DNA from: a virus
IMG/VR virus record: IMGVR_UViG_3300025132_000021
Coordinates: 64,001-128,000 of that record
Length of the DNA stretch: 64,000 nt
Direction: 5' to 3' (one strand)
Part shown: piece after piece, positions 9,288 to 18,162 of the stretch
Layout: every line of letters starts with the position of its first letter
Numbering within the stretch: position 1 is the first letter of the stretch
Notes under the pieces: generated by a model
What the model was told of the DNA's origin: nothing
The model's database searches: none
The model's input: the letters and a program-made list of their open reading frames with translations, nothing else
Translations under genes and position numbers: made by a program

Positions 9288-10160
9288 ATGCGTCTGACTC
9301 AAGTAGGATTAGGTGTCGCTCTACTGTCTGTTGTCGCTTACATTAGTAGCGATAAAGTAAAGGACATGGCTTCCAAAGTTTTTGGAGCCGATGCCATCAC
9401 ACCCGCCGAATTAGAAGAAATGCACATTGAATCAAGCGGAGTCACAGTAGACACCGTTCCTGTTTCCAATGTTCAAGCGTTCCTCGGTTGGGAACAATTG
9501 CACCTGCAACACACTACGGCTGTTGCTAATGACTCGCCATTTATGGATGGCGTAGTTGATGCTCAACCAGTTTATACCAATCCATTTGACATCGGATACA
9601 GTTTTGACCAAGAGTATTACGGTGCAGAAAGTTTTAACGCTGATGTTAATGGAGGATACTCTGGAAACTATGCAGGACAAGGTGCATCTTCTTTTGATGT
9701 AGCAAACCCACCTAATGAAGTTCCAACCGCAGGAACTCCATATCGTGTTCAAGCCCACACAGGTCAGGTTTATTCCACAGACCCCGCAACTGGTGTCAAT
9801 GGACAACCACTTCCCTATTCGGGTGCAACCCCTGTGGCACGGCTTCCACCCGAAGTCAATTCTGACTTCCCATACATGGTGAGTTTGGTTAATGCACCGT
9901 TTGTTACTGTTCCCACTTCTGAAACTGGTAGCAACCGTTTTGGTAGTTTGGCTCGCAACTCTGTTGATGATGCTATCAACGGTCGTTTTGGAGAAACAGC
10001 ATTGGCTCCTGAAGTTGATGCTTCTTACATGAGTCCAGATGGAACAACTATGCCTTTGAGTCAATGGCGTAGCAAATACACAGTCCTTCGTCATTCAGAC
10101 ACAATGGTTTCAGCCATTCCGTTTAGTGGTGGAGTAGAATTACAGTTAAGGAGAGTATAA
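9288..10160 (+). CDS. N-terminal TM protein with FGAD/YGAE/FNAD motifs
   Basis: P-I at 9259 puts the start at ATG 9288 (29 nt). Confidence 0.7.
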   Translation: MRLTQVGLGVALLSVVAYISSDKVKDMASKVFGADAITPAELEEMHIESSGVTVDTVPVSNVQAFLGWEQLHLQHTTAVANDSPFMDGVVDAQPVYTNPFDIGYSFDQEYYGAESFNADVNGGYSGNYAGQGASSFDVANPPNEVPTAGTPYRVQAHTGQVYSTDPATGVNGQPLPYSGATPVARLPPEVNSDFPYMVSLVNAPFVTVPTSETGSNRFGSLARNSVDDAINGRFGETALAPEVDASYMSPDGTTMPLSQWRSKYTVLRHSDTMVSAIPFSGGVELQLRRV

Positions 10161-10162
10161 GA

Positions 10163-11833
10163 ATGAGTAAGAAAATGTTATATGTCCGTTCTAAGGATTA
10201 TTGGGGCTATGATGCTTCAGATTTTGATGCAACTATGAACTTTTACAAATATACTTGGGTTGTTCCTGAAGCCATGTATAACGACATGGACGATAGCAAC
10301 AAATCCCGTTTGTATCCTTGTGCTTTGTTTTATGTTCAAGGAGTTACTGATAATCATAATTTCTTAACTATCAGTGTAAATGTTGATGGCTCAAATGCTA
10401 CTGTTAAGGGTATGCAAGGCACAAAGCGTAGAACTCGTAAGTTTGAAGTTGGCGTTCCTTTTGCTTATACTGTTGGTAGTTTAACTATGAAAGAAGCACC
10501 AGCAGGTGCAACTTCAGTAGACTTTATTCAAGAAGAAGTTAAAGAAGGGCGAGCCACTACTGAAGGAAGTTTCATTATTGATGGTTTCCTAACTGAAGCC
10601 ACAGATATTGCTGAAGTTGTGGGACTAAGTTCTACTGCTGAAGCCGAAACCGTAATGGAGCCTGCTGATATGGCTTCACCTATGGAAGATGAACCAACTC
10701 CAAGTGGTTATGAACCCACATCTTATGAAGCCGAAATTGATGATTCAGTCGCAGTTTCCGATTTCTACCCTCAAGAATCTGCTCAAACCCACGATGTTGC
10801 TTCTGGACATGGTGTTCCAGTGGCTTACGGTTCTGGGTCTTCCCAGAATCTTGAACCTCCAGTTGTTGTAGATGATGAATACATGGCGGCTGAAGATTTT
10901 GAAGCAGAAGTTTCAGATTTCTACCCACAATCCTCTGCTGAAGTTGGCGATACTCAATCAGGACATGGAGTTCCAGTTGCTTATGGCTCTGGCTCATCAC
11001 AATATGTAGAGCCACCAGTTATGGTAGACGAAGAAATGGCTGCTGAATATGACGATTCCGTAGAAGTTTCTGATTTCTACCCGCAGGAATCTGCCCAAAC
11101 TCACGATGTTGCCTCTGGTCATGGCGTGCCAGTTGCTTACGGCTCTGGTTCATCTCAAAACCTTGAACCACCAGTTGTAGTAGATGAAGAAATGGCTGCT
11201 GAATACCAAAAAGGTCGTCGTGGTGCTGGTGGAAGATTCCGAAGCAAGCGTGCTATTCGCAACGAAGTGTTCGGAGAAACAGTTGCTAATCAAATGGCAG
11301 GTTATTGGAGAACAGGTGTCGTTGGCACAAACCCAGTCGTAGGTTCAGATGTTGCTCGTAGTAATCCTGACAAGCGATACAATTATTTTACTCAACCAGC
11401 AGTTCGTAATGAAAACACAGGAATGTATAACAAAGGACCTAACTTCCGTCAAGCACACAAGATTGCTAAGGGAGTTGCATGGGACAGAGTAGAACGCCTT
11501 GGACTCGCTGCTGAAGCAGAAGTTCTTATGGCTGAATCCAAGTTTGAAACTTTGGCTTCTAAGATTGCCAAGCAATACGAGAAGAAAGGTATGGAACCGG
11601 GCAAGGCTATGGATATTGGCCGACGCACCGCTTACAAAGTTGGAGTTTCTAAGTATGGTAAATCAGGTATGACTCGCAAATCAATTGCAGGTCGCAAGGC
11701 TGCTGAATCTTACTCCGCAGACCGATTCGTAGATTCACTTAATGAAGCCGCCCCAGCACGCCTACCTATTAAGGGCATGGCTGCTGCTATTGTTGGCACA
11801 CTTCTTGGTGTCGGCTACGCTATGAAGAAGTGA
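10163..11833 (+). CDS. membrane-anchored polyprotein-like protein: globular N-domain, three acidic repeats, basic modules, C-terminal TM
   Basis: YEAE, MAAE x3, FEAE, KAAE and YSAD motifs separate the modules; ends TM-MKK. Confidence 0.75.
   Translation: MSKKMLYVRSKDYWGYDASDFDATMNFYKYTWVVPEAMYNDMDDSNKSRLYPCALFYVQGVTDNHNFLTISVNVDGSNATVKGMQGTKRRTRKFEVGVPFAYTVGSLTMKEAPAGATSVDFIQEEVKEGRATTEGSFIIDGFLTEATDIAEVVGLSSTAEAETVMEPADMASPMEDEPTPSGYEPTSYEAEIDDSVAVSDFYPQESAQTHDVASGHGVPVAYGSGSSQNLEPPVVVDDEYMAAEDFEAEVSDFYPQSSAEVGDTQSGHGVPVAYGSGSSQYVEPPVMVDEEMAAEYDDSVEVSDFYPQESAQTHDVASGHGVPVAYGSGSSQNLEPPVVVDEEMAAEYQKGRRGAGGRFRSKRAIRNEVFGETVANQMAGYWRTGVVGTNPVVGSDVARSNPDKRYNYFTQPAVRNENTGMYNKGPNFRQAHKIAKGVAWDRVERLGLAAEAEVLMAESKFETLASKIAKQYEKKGMEPGKAMDIGRRTAYKVGVSKYGKSGMTRKSIAGRKAAESYSADRFVDSLNEAAPARLPIKGMAAAIVGTLLGVGYAMKK
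10736..11203 (+). repeat. three tandem 46-53 aa repeats VSDFYPQ..SGHGVPVAYGSGSSQ..EPPV..MAAE
   Basis: Seen directly in the translation; copies differ mostly at synonymous sites. Confidence 0.9.
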
Positions 11834-11837
11834 TTTC

Positions 11838-12125
11838 ATGTATGGAGTTAATTCGTGGGATACCTACGGAACTCGTTTGGCCTTTAATGCTGATGAAGAA
11901 TCCGAAGATACTGAAGATTCTCAAGAAGATGTTGAAGAAACGACCCAATCTAAACCTTTGGCCGCCACTAAATCAAGTAATGTGTTAGGTTATGCAGTTC
12001 TGGGTGGAATTGGAGTCATGGCTTTTGGTTATCTTTACTTTATGATTAGTAATCCTCAAGCCTATGTTCAAGCCACGGCTATTCGCACAGGCGGAAACCT
12101 CTTGGGTCAAGCCTTAAGTTCATAA
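11838..12125 (+). CDS. small acidic TM protein
   Basis: FNAD motif; hydrophobic helix. Confidence 0.7.
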   Translation: MYGVNSWDTYGTRLAFNADEESEDTEDSQEDVEETTQSKPLAATKSSNVLGYAVLGGIGVMAFGYLYFMISNPQAYVQATAIRTGGNLLGQALSS

Positions 12126-12139
12126 GAGTAGTTTTACTT

Positions 12140-12502
12140 ATGAGTTCTATGGACGAGTTTAATTGGGGCATTTATGGTTATCCTGTTTCTGACGAAGATG
12201 AGTCAGAATCTTTAACTGAAATCACAGCCCTTGCTTGGACAGGAGATTATTCCAACTTAGATATTCAAGAATACCACTTTGTTGTAGGCCAACCCGACCC
12301 TCGTTGTAGCCAACATCAGGTCATGGCTATCCGCCGAGTTTCCTATCCTGATGCAGACCCAGAAATCCAAATACTTTTACAAGGCGAATGCACGGCTAAT
12401 TCATGGGAACAATTTAGAGTTTTAGCGTGGGAAACCTCTGCAATCGCAAAGGTGGCTTTTGAAAGCGAGATGTCTTGGGCAGGAACACCAAACTTTAAGT
12501 AG
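12140..12502 (+). CDS. hypothetical protein
   Basis: 120-aa ORF; TAG stop inside the next promoter. Confidence 0.65.
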   Translation: MSSMDEFNWGIYGYPVSDEDESESLTEITALAWTGDYSNLDIQEYHFVVGQPDPRCSQHQVMAIRRVSYPDADPEIQILLQGECTANSWEQFRVLAWETSAIAKVAFESEMSWAGTPNFK

Positions 12503-12523
12503 TCGTTCAACTCAACTCTGATT

Positions 12524-13456
12524 ATGTCAGACGAAGGTATCTCTCCATTTTTAGCAGAGATTGAATCCGAGATTACTACGGAAGCAGCAGGTAATCCAAA
12601 CAATGCTGTCGCTTTTGATATGGAATCTCAAAAAAACTCCGTAGTCGGTGCAGTAGAAATTACTGATAGCGATTACTCCAAATATCTTAGTTCATCTCAA
12701 CGCTCATCTTTGCCTAAGCATTTACAAGAAGGAATTATTCGTAAAAAGAAAACTGCTGAAGCCGAAGAAGAAGCGATGCCCAGTTTTGAATCTCTTCGTG
12801 ATGAAACCAATGCTTCAGTTCCAGAGGCTCCGCAAGACCCTGCCGAACCTGAACCAGATATTAGCCACATGGGGGAAACTCCTGAACCCGGTATGTTTGA
12901 GCCAGACCTCGGTATTACCGAAGAAGGTGGTCCTGAAGAACCTCCCGCCGCCCCTTTGCCTCGTCCAGAACCCGTAGAAGTAAGTTTTGTAGCAGAACGC
13001 CTTAATAATCAAGAACAAGAACTTAAGATTGCCAGCATGACTCAAAAGCAATATGAGGATTGGTTGTTCCCTGATAACAAAGAAGAATCAGATTGGGCAT
13101 CAGGACAAGTGGCTTTGGCTCGTATCATGGCGAATCTCAAAGCAGCAGGCTATGATTCTGTCAGCCTAAGTTTAGATGATGAGTTATTCCCTGCTTATGT
13201 CCAAGTTGCTTCGGCACTTTGGAGTCGTCAAAACTTTTCAACACCAGTTCGTGAAGATGTTATTACTCAAATAGAAAACGCACCTGCGGCTCAATTGGTT
13301 TCCACTTTAGAAGCCACAGCCAGTGCAGTTCCCACAGAATTAGCGGCAGAACTTTTCAGAGTTCCTGTTGAAGAATCTACTAACTACATTCCTTATGTGG
13401 GTGTAGGATTGGCAACATTGTTTGCATTTATGAGTCCATTCTTCTGGAAGAGATAG
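12524..13456 (+). CDS. acidic/Pro-rich protein with C-terminal TM
   Basis: P-I at 12495 (29 nt); KTAE, FVAE, LAAE; ends FWKR. Confidence 0.7.
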   Translation: MSDEGISPFLAEIESEITTEAAGNPNNAVAFDMESQKNSVVGAVEITDSDYSKYLSSSQRSSLPKHLQEGIIRKKKTAEAEEEAMPSFESLRDETNASVPEAPQDPAEPEPDISHMGETPEPGMFEPDLGITEEGGPEEPPAAPLPRPEPVEVSFVAERLNNQEQELKIASMTQKQYEDWLFPDNKEESDWASGQVALARIMANLKAAGYDSVSLSLDDELFPAYVQVASALWSRQNFSTPVREDVITQIENAPAAQLVSTLEATASAVPTELAAELFRVPVEESTNYIPYVGVGLATLFAFMSPFFWKR

Positions 13457-13493
13457 GCAAATCTTTAAGTATCAAGGACGGTGAGAATAATAC

Positions 13494-14297
13494 ATGAATC
13501 TTGACCTTGCTATTCAAAATGTTTTGAAGCGCAGTGAGATGGAGAACGCTATGCACGGCGTTATGTCCAACTTCGGCGGAACTTATCAACTTACTTCCTA
13601 CACCGAATCAGCCAAAGCAGCAGAAGATATTTTGGGAACTCCTGTGGCACACATGACTCCAAATGCTTTGAGCCGACCTACCTTGGTTCAACAGGCAGAA
13701 GTCTACGAAGCCAAGCCTCCTACTTCTAACATGAGTATGATGATTGATGGTTATGAAGTATCTTTTGACGCTCAAACTAAAAACTGGACTCTAAGCCAAG
13801 CAGGAAAGGCTGCTGGCTTCTGGGACAAACTTTTGGGTCGTGAGCCACAACCTACTATTATGGTTACTAAGTATGGAACTAATTCTACTAACCGATTCCT
13901 AAGTGCTGTGGAAAACTCTTCTATCAGCGCATCTACTAAAAATAAGATTGCAGGTTATGTTATGACCTCAATGCGTAGTGGTTCAGTTGAAACTTTTCAA
14001 CAAGGTTATTCAGTAGATACTAAACCTTCAGACGATGTGATTACTTCTTCATCATCTTCTCGCATTATGGAAGCCCCAACTCGTGAATATCATTCTCAAG
14101 AACTTAACCTTGCTTCCGAATATCAAGGAGTTGCCAAACAACGAAACAATACTTTCATGGGCGACACAGTTATTCCACAACCCTTGAGTTCTGCTCAAGT
14201 TGGTATGCTAAGAACACCACTCGGAGACCCAGTTGGACTTCATGTATCTCCGCCAACCCGCCACATGGGTAATGTAAAAACAAACCGAAGTCTTTAA
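13494..14297 (+). CDS. hypothetical protein with AE-type motifs
   Basis: P-I at 13465 (29 nt). Confidence 0.7.
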   Translation: MNLDLAIQNVLKRSEMENAMHGVMSNFGGTYQLTSYTESAKAAEDILGTPVAHMTPNALSRPTLVQQAEVYEAKPPTSNMSMMIDGYEVSFDAQTKNWTLSQAGKAAGFWDKLLGREPQPTIMVTKYGTNSTNRFLSAVENSSISASTKNKIAGYVMTSMRSGSVETFQQGYSVDTKPSDDVITSSSSSRIMEAPTREYHSQELNLASEYQGVAKQRNNTFMGDTVIPQPLSSAQVGMLRTPLGDPVGLHVSPPTRHMGNVKTNRSL

Positions 14298-14322
14298 GTA
14301 GTTGAACAGGAGAGTATGAAAT

Positions 14323-15345
14323 ATGAACGCAATAACGAATGTCGCTCAAGAATCCTATGATGGATTGATGGATTCAAGTTTCTATTCAGGTGTCGCTGGT
14401 ATTGCTGTCGGCGGTATCCTTGGTAGTGTTGTCACTCTACTTCCTTTTTACAAATTAGGAATGTTTGGTAATATCACTCGCACAGTAGCCACAATGGGTT
14501 CAGGTGCATACCTTGTTATGAAGTCTAACCAAGTAACTGGTGATATGCAATCTCTTTATCGTGGTGCAGGTGCAGTTCTCGGATTCATCGGCGCATCACA
14601 AGTTGTCGGTTATCTAACTGCAACCACAGGACTTTCCATCCCCGGATTCAACGGACTTGGTTCAGTTCTAACAGGAAGTTTTGCTTCTGAAGGAGAAGAA
14701 GTTATTGCCCAGCGTGGAGATGGCCGAGTTCTCGGACAAGAAACTGCTACTCAATCTTATTCTGACATTTACAATGCTGACACTTTTGAAGAAGGCACTG
14801 TTGAAATGCAAAACCGTGTTTCACCAGATGACCCAATCAACTCGGTTGTAGAAGAAGCCCCTCTCGGTCATGGAGTCACTCAATGGTTCGGTGCAGACGG
14901 TGTTTCCGCAACTGGCGGTGTTGCTCAAAGTTTTGGAGGAGTTGCTGAATCTTCTACTATGAATCATTCTCCTCAAACAAATGTTTCTCAATATGTTTCC
15001 TCTGTGGATTCATTGGGAACTCGTGCTATGAATCTTAACAAAGGTTCAGCACTTGTTCAGTCGGCTTATGGTAAGGGCTACGAACCTCCTGTCCACTACT
15101 CGGCTGAAGAACCAACAGTAAGTGTTGGACAACCAACTCCTACCCCAATGGCGGGTTCAATGCCTGACTTGTGGAGTGCTTACTCCAAGCCCGGAACTAC
15201 CGCCGAAGAAAGCATCATGGACACCGTTAGGATTATGGCTCCCGGTCAGCCTATTCAGTGGTATGGTGCAGAAACCAGTGCAACTGGTATGATTTCCAAC
15301 CATGTGTCTTCAGCAGAAGGCTTTGGCAGTGTGGTAGGACAATAA
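14323..15345 (+). CDS. membrane protein (N-terminal TMs) with a peptide-motif tail
   Basis: P-I at 14294 (29 nt); FASE, YNAD, WFGAD, YSAE, WYGAE. Confidence 0.7.
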   Translation: MNAITNVAQESYDGLMDSSFYSGVAGIAVGGILGSVVTLLPFYKLGMFGNITRTVATMGSGAYLVMKSNQVTGDMQSLYRGAGAVLGFIGASQVVGYLTATTGLSIPGFNGLGSVLTGSFASEGEEVIAQRGDGRVLGQETATQSYSDIYNADTFEEGTVEMQNRVSPDDPINSVVEEAPLGHGVTQWFGADGVSATGGVAQSFGGVAESSTMNHSPQTNVSQYVSSVDSLGTRAMNLNKGSALVQSAYGKGYEPPVHYSAEEPTVSVGQPTPTPMAGSMPDLWSAYSKPGTTAEESIMDTVRIMAPGQPIQWYGAETSATGMISNHVSSAEGFGSVVGQ

Positions 15346-15367
15346 ATAAAATGAATGGTGATTAAAA

Positions 15368-15625
15368 ATGATTGATAAATACTGTGAATGGACACAAGGA
15401 AAAAATGGAAAACTGATTTGTGCAACGCTTTCTACCGTTGGTGGATTGCATTTGCTAATGACCGCCCCACAACCTGTGCTTGGTTTCTTGCCAAGTTTCA
15501 GTTTCAATGTAATGGGTCGTGAAGTTGGCGCACAACAAATTGTTGGAATTGGACTATTAACTTGCGGAGTCTGCTGCTTAGTAGCCTGCCGTGGTAGCCC
15601 AGTTGCTAACATGATGGATATGTGA
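15368..15625 (+). CDS. small Cys-containing 2-TM membrane protein
   Basis: GGTGA SD; two hydrophobic helices. Confidence 0.7.
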   Translation: MIDKYCEWTQGKNGKLICATLSTVGGLHLLMTAPQPVLGFLPSFSFNVMGREVGAQQIVGIGLLTCGVCCLVACRGSPVANMMDM

Positions 15626-15637
15626 GTGTGATTAAAG

Positions 15638-16177
15638 ATGAACATTAAAGGAATGCTAATTAACAAATACACAGTCGGCGGTAGCCTTCTGTTAGTCGGT
15701 GCTGGATTCTTCAGCACTCGTTTTACTGACGCTCTATCTTACCAACTCTTTACCTTGCCATCGGGAATCCCAATGATTGGCGGTGCATCCGTCACTGTTG
15801 GCCGTGTCGCAGGTTTAGTCCCACTAAGTCTCGGAATCGCTTTCCTACTAAGTGAAGCACGACCTATCACCAGTCGTATTCCAGTAGTAGACCGTGTAGC
15901 CGCAATTGCAGACAACCTCGTTAGCGAGATTTCTGAACCAGTTTCCACTGAAGCCTCCACCATGGGCGCAGAAGAACTTGAAGCAGAAACCGTAGACCAC
16001 ATCAACCCTACTGAAGTTGCAGAAGACTCCGAAACAGAATCTTTTGAAGCAGAAGGTGGAAAGATGAAGTGGACTGATGCAGTTTCTAAGGCTCGCAAAG
16101 ACCTCGGAATTACTGGATTTACCCCTGTTAAGAAGGGAACTCCTCTTTACAACAAAGCCAAGTCATACACTGCTTGA
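15638..16177 (+). CDS. 2-TM protein with C-terminal DVNP-like basic module
   Basis: After FEAE comes KWTDAVSKARKDLGITGFTPVKKGTPLYNKAKSY. Confidence 0.7.
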   Translation: MNIKGMLINKYTVGGSLLLVGAGFFSTRFTDALSYQLFTLPSGIPMIGGASVTVGRVAGLVPLSLGIAFLLSEARPITSRIPVVDRVAAIADNLVSEISEPVSTEASTMGAEELEAETVDHINPTEVAEDSETESFEAEGGKMKWTDAVSKARKDLGITGFTPVKKGTPLYNKAKSYTA

Positions 16178-16215
16178 ACTTAAAAGTTTAATCATTGAAC
16201 CGTAGGTTGAATCTT

Positions 16216-16311
16216 ATGGTTCATAGACATTGGGACGATGAGCCTGAGCCAGAAATTACTTTAGGTCTATTACTGGTTATTATGATTTTCGTTTTGATTT
16301 CTTTTATCTAA
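16216..16311 (+). CDS. 31-aa single-TM microprotein (absent from the ORF track)
   Basis: MVHRHWDDEPEPEITLGLLLVIMIFVLISFI*; TTTAATCA box 29 nt upstream. Confidence 0.45.
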   Translation: MVHRHWDDEPEPEITLGLLLVIMIFVLISFI

Positions 16312-16385
16312 GGGGTCGTAGTTTAATTTGGAAGAACAACTCGTTTGCGACGAGTAGGCTGGGAGTTCAAATCTCCCCGACTCCA
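16312..16385 (+). tRNA. tRNA-Ala(UGC)
   Basis: Cloverleaf: acceptor GGGGTCG/CGACTCC with G3:U70, anticodon stem ACTCG/CGAGT with loop TT-TGC-GA, T arm GGGAG-TTCAAAT-CTCCC, discriminator A; CCA not encoded. Confidence 0.92.
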
Positions 16386-16404
16386 TACTTAGTTTTATGT
16401 AGGT

Positions 16405-16432
16405 TATACTATGTATGATATACTATGTATGA
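16405..16432. repeat. tandem 14-bp direct repeat TATACTATGTATGA x2
   Basis: Seen directly just downstream of the tRNA. Confidence 0.8.
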
Positions 16433-16501
16433 CCCAGAGAATGACCAGTTCGGAGAAATTGGTGCTTTGTTTTTACTCTTTCTTATTATGGTGACCTTAC
16501 T

Positions 16502-17392
16502 ATGAAATCAATTAGTTTGCATTGTTTTTTGGGTGAAAAACTCTACAAAGCAGAGGAAAAAGGCAACTTTGGTGATGAGATTTCCCCTATTATTGTGCAA
16601 AATCTTATAGGTTCTGACTATGATTTGAGATATAATGATGACAATTGTGATGAAAGATTGCTGGCAATAGGGTCATTATTGCATGATGCCCAACCAAATG
16701 ATTACATCTTTGGCACAGGTTTCGGTCTTGAAGATAACGATAAACTTTCAGAACTAAATGTTTGCGCTGTCCGAGGACCATTGTCTCGTGAAAAGTTATT
16801 AGAAATCGGTGTGGATTGTCCAGAAGTTTATGGAGATGCGGCTTTACTTTTACCTGATTATTATGAACCTAACTATCTTCCAAACTTAGAGGGAAAAATT
16901 GGTGTTGTCCCACATTGGACGACCTACCCACATTATGAGAAACTTTTAGCCAACTCTAAACAATTCTATTTTATCAACCCAACTAATTCATGGCAACAAG
17001 TTATTGATGAAATCTATTCTTGCGATAAAATCGTATCTCAAGCATTACATGGTTTGATTTGTGCTGACGCTTACCAAACTCCTAATGTTTGGTTAGAGGA
17101 AAATATCTGGGCTTGTGTTTGTGGCAAACTTAGTGTAGATTCAGTCCTTAATCCTATTGAACCTCAACCACCTTGCTCATGCGGGTGGAACTACCATTCC
17201 ATAGGTAAAAATCTACCATTCCATAATGGAAACTTTAAGTTTTTAGATTACTTAGCCAGTCAAAACCGAGAAGTATCTCCTATTTCCCACCTACGGGAAG
17301 CCATCGGTGCAGATTACTATGAAGATGGAAACCAAATAGACTTAGAATTATTAAGAAACTCCTTTCCATTTGGTCAAAATACAAACCTTTAA
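16502..17392 (+). CDS. polysaccharide pyruvyl transferase family protein (ExoV-like)
   Basis: GNFGD, AIGSLL, VRGPLSR, YGDAALL, VPHW, LHGLICADAY motifs. Confidence 0.85.
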   Translation: MKSISLHCFLGEKLYKAEEKGNFGDEISPIIVQNLIGSDYDLRYNDDNCDERLLAIGSLLHDAQPNDYIFGTGFGLEDNDKLSELNVCAVRGPLSREKLLEIGVDCPEVYGDAALLLPDYYEPNYLPNLEGKIGVVPHWTTYPHYEKLLANSKQFYFINPTNSWQQVIDEIYSCDKIVSQALHGLICADAYQTPNVWLEENIWACVCGKLSVDSVLNPIEPQPPCSCGWNYHSIGKNLPFHNGNFKFLDYLASQNREVSPISHLREAIGADYYEDGNQIDLELLRNSFPFGQNTNL

Positions 17393-17398
17393 GTAGTC
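17389..17398 (+). promoter_or_regulatory. Class I promoter of the putative major capsid operon
   Basis: TTAAGTAGTC; ATG of a 7-aa uORF exactly 29 nt downstream. Confidence 0.75.
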
Positions 17399-17468
17399 AA
17401 AAAGTCCAATTAGTATTATGAGCAACCATGTGTTGTTCTAAAACCAAAAAAAATGGAGAATGAAAAAT

Positions 17469-18161
17469 ATGAGTATGAGAAGCCAAGTATATGAATGGTC
17501 AAACCTCGCACCATCTGGACAAGAGTTCACTCTACGAAGAACAACTGCTGACTTGCCAAAGGCATTGACAGCAAATCGTGAGTATGACTTGTTTATTGGA
17601 GGCGTTGGATTGAACATTACCAAGCCAGCAGAAACGACCGCAACACAGTTTATTGTGATTGAAGATATTGCGTGCAGCCCAACCCTAAACGGTGCTGTCC
17701 AAATCCGAATCAACACAACTGACTACTTCCAGAACCCTGATGTTACCGATATGGTCGGTATCCCGGGACTGGCAAGCCCTTACCCTCGTGGCGCACCAGC
17801 AACAGTCAATTTGGCTGCTGCAACTGTCGGCGCAGGAATCGTAGATTCAGACAACATCCTAAAGTCTTTTGACCTTTACCCAGATGTTTATGTCCTACCG
17901 GGTCAGACTTTCCAGATTCTTTACACACCTCTTGAATCCAGTCTTGTTGGTGGCGCAGGTTCAACTGCGGTAGTCTCTGCATTCATCAAATACACACTAT
18001 ATGATGGACCAGACGCTCTTATTGCTAACAAACTTTTGGAACTTGGTGTCACCATCAACCCAAACAATGTTGATTGGTATAAGCGAAGTCTAATTGAACA
18101 ACAACAACGCTCTGCTGCTGCTTCTGCGGCTGCTATGGCTGCAACCAACGGAGGTGTCTGA
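17469..18161 (+). CDS. putative major capsid protein A (single jelly-roll-like)
   Basis: Alternating beta strands (YDLFIGG, FIVIEDI, VQIRIN, VYVLPGQTFQI, AFIKYTL); paralog of the next gene; start chosen by homology (MSMRSQ). Confidence 0.6.
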   Translation: MSMRSQVYEWSNLAPSGQEFTLRRTTADLPKALTANREYDLFIGGVGLNITKPAETTATQFIVIEDIACSPTLNGAVQIRINTTDYFQNPDVTDMVGIPGLASPYPRGAPATVNLAAATVGAGIVDSDNILKSFDLYPDVYVLPGQTFQILYTPLESSLVGGAGSTAVVSAFIKYTLYDGPDALIANKLLELGVTINPNNVDWYKRSLIEQQQRSAAASAAAMAATNGGV

Positions 18162-18162
18162 A

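Noticed and set aside
9432-10094. 220-aa minus-strand ORF and the many other antisense or nested ORFs in the track
   Set aside because: They shadow well-supported genes and lack promoter/SD context or protein-like motifs.
16312-16385. tRNA as a provirus attachment site
   Set aside because: No integrase and no duplicated tRNA 3' end were seen; both flanks have the same viral promoter and gene style.
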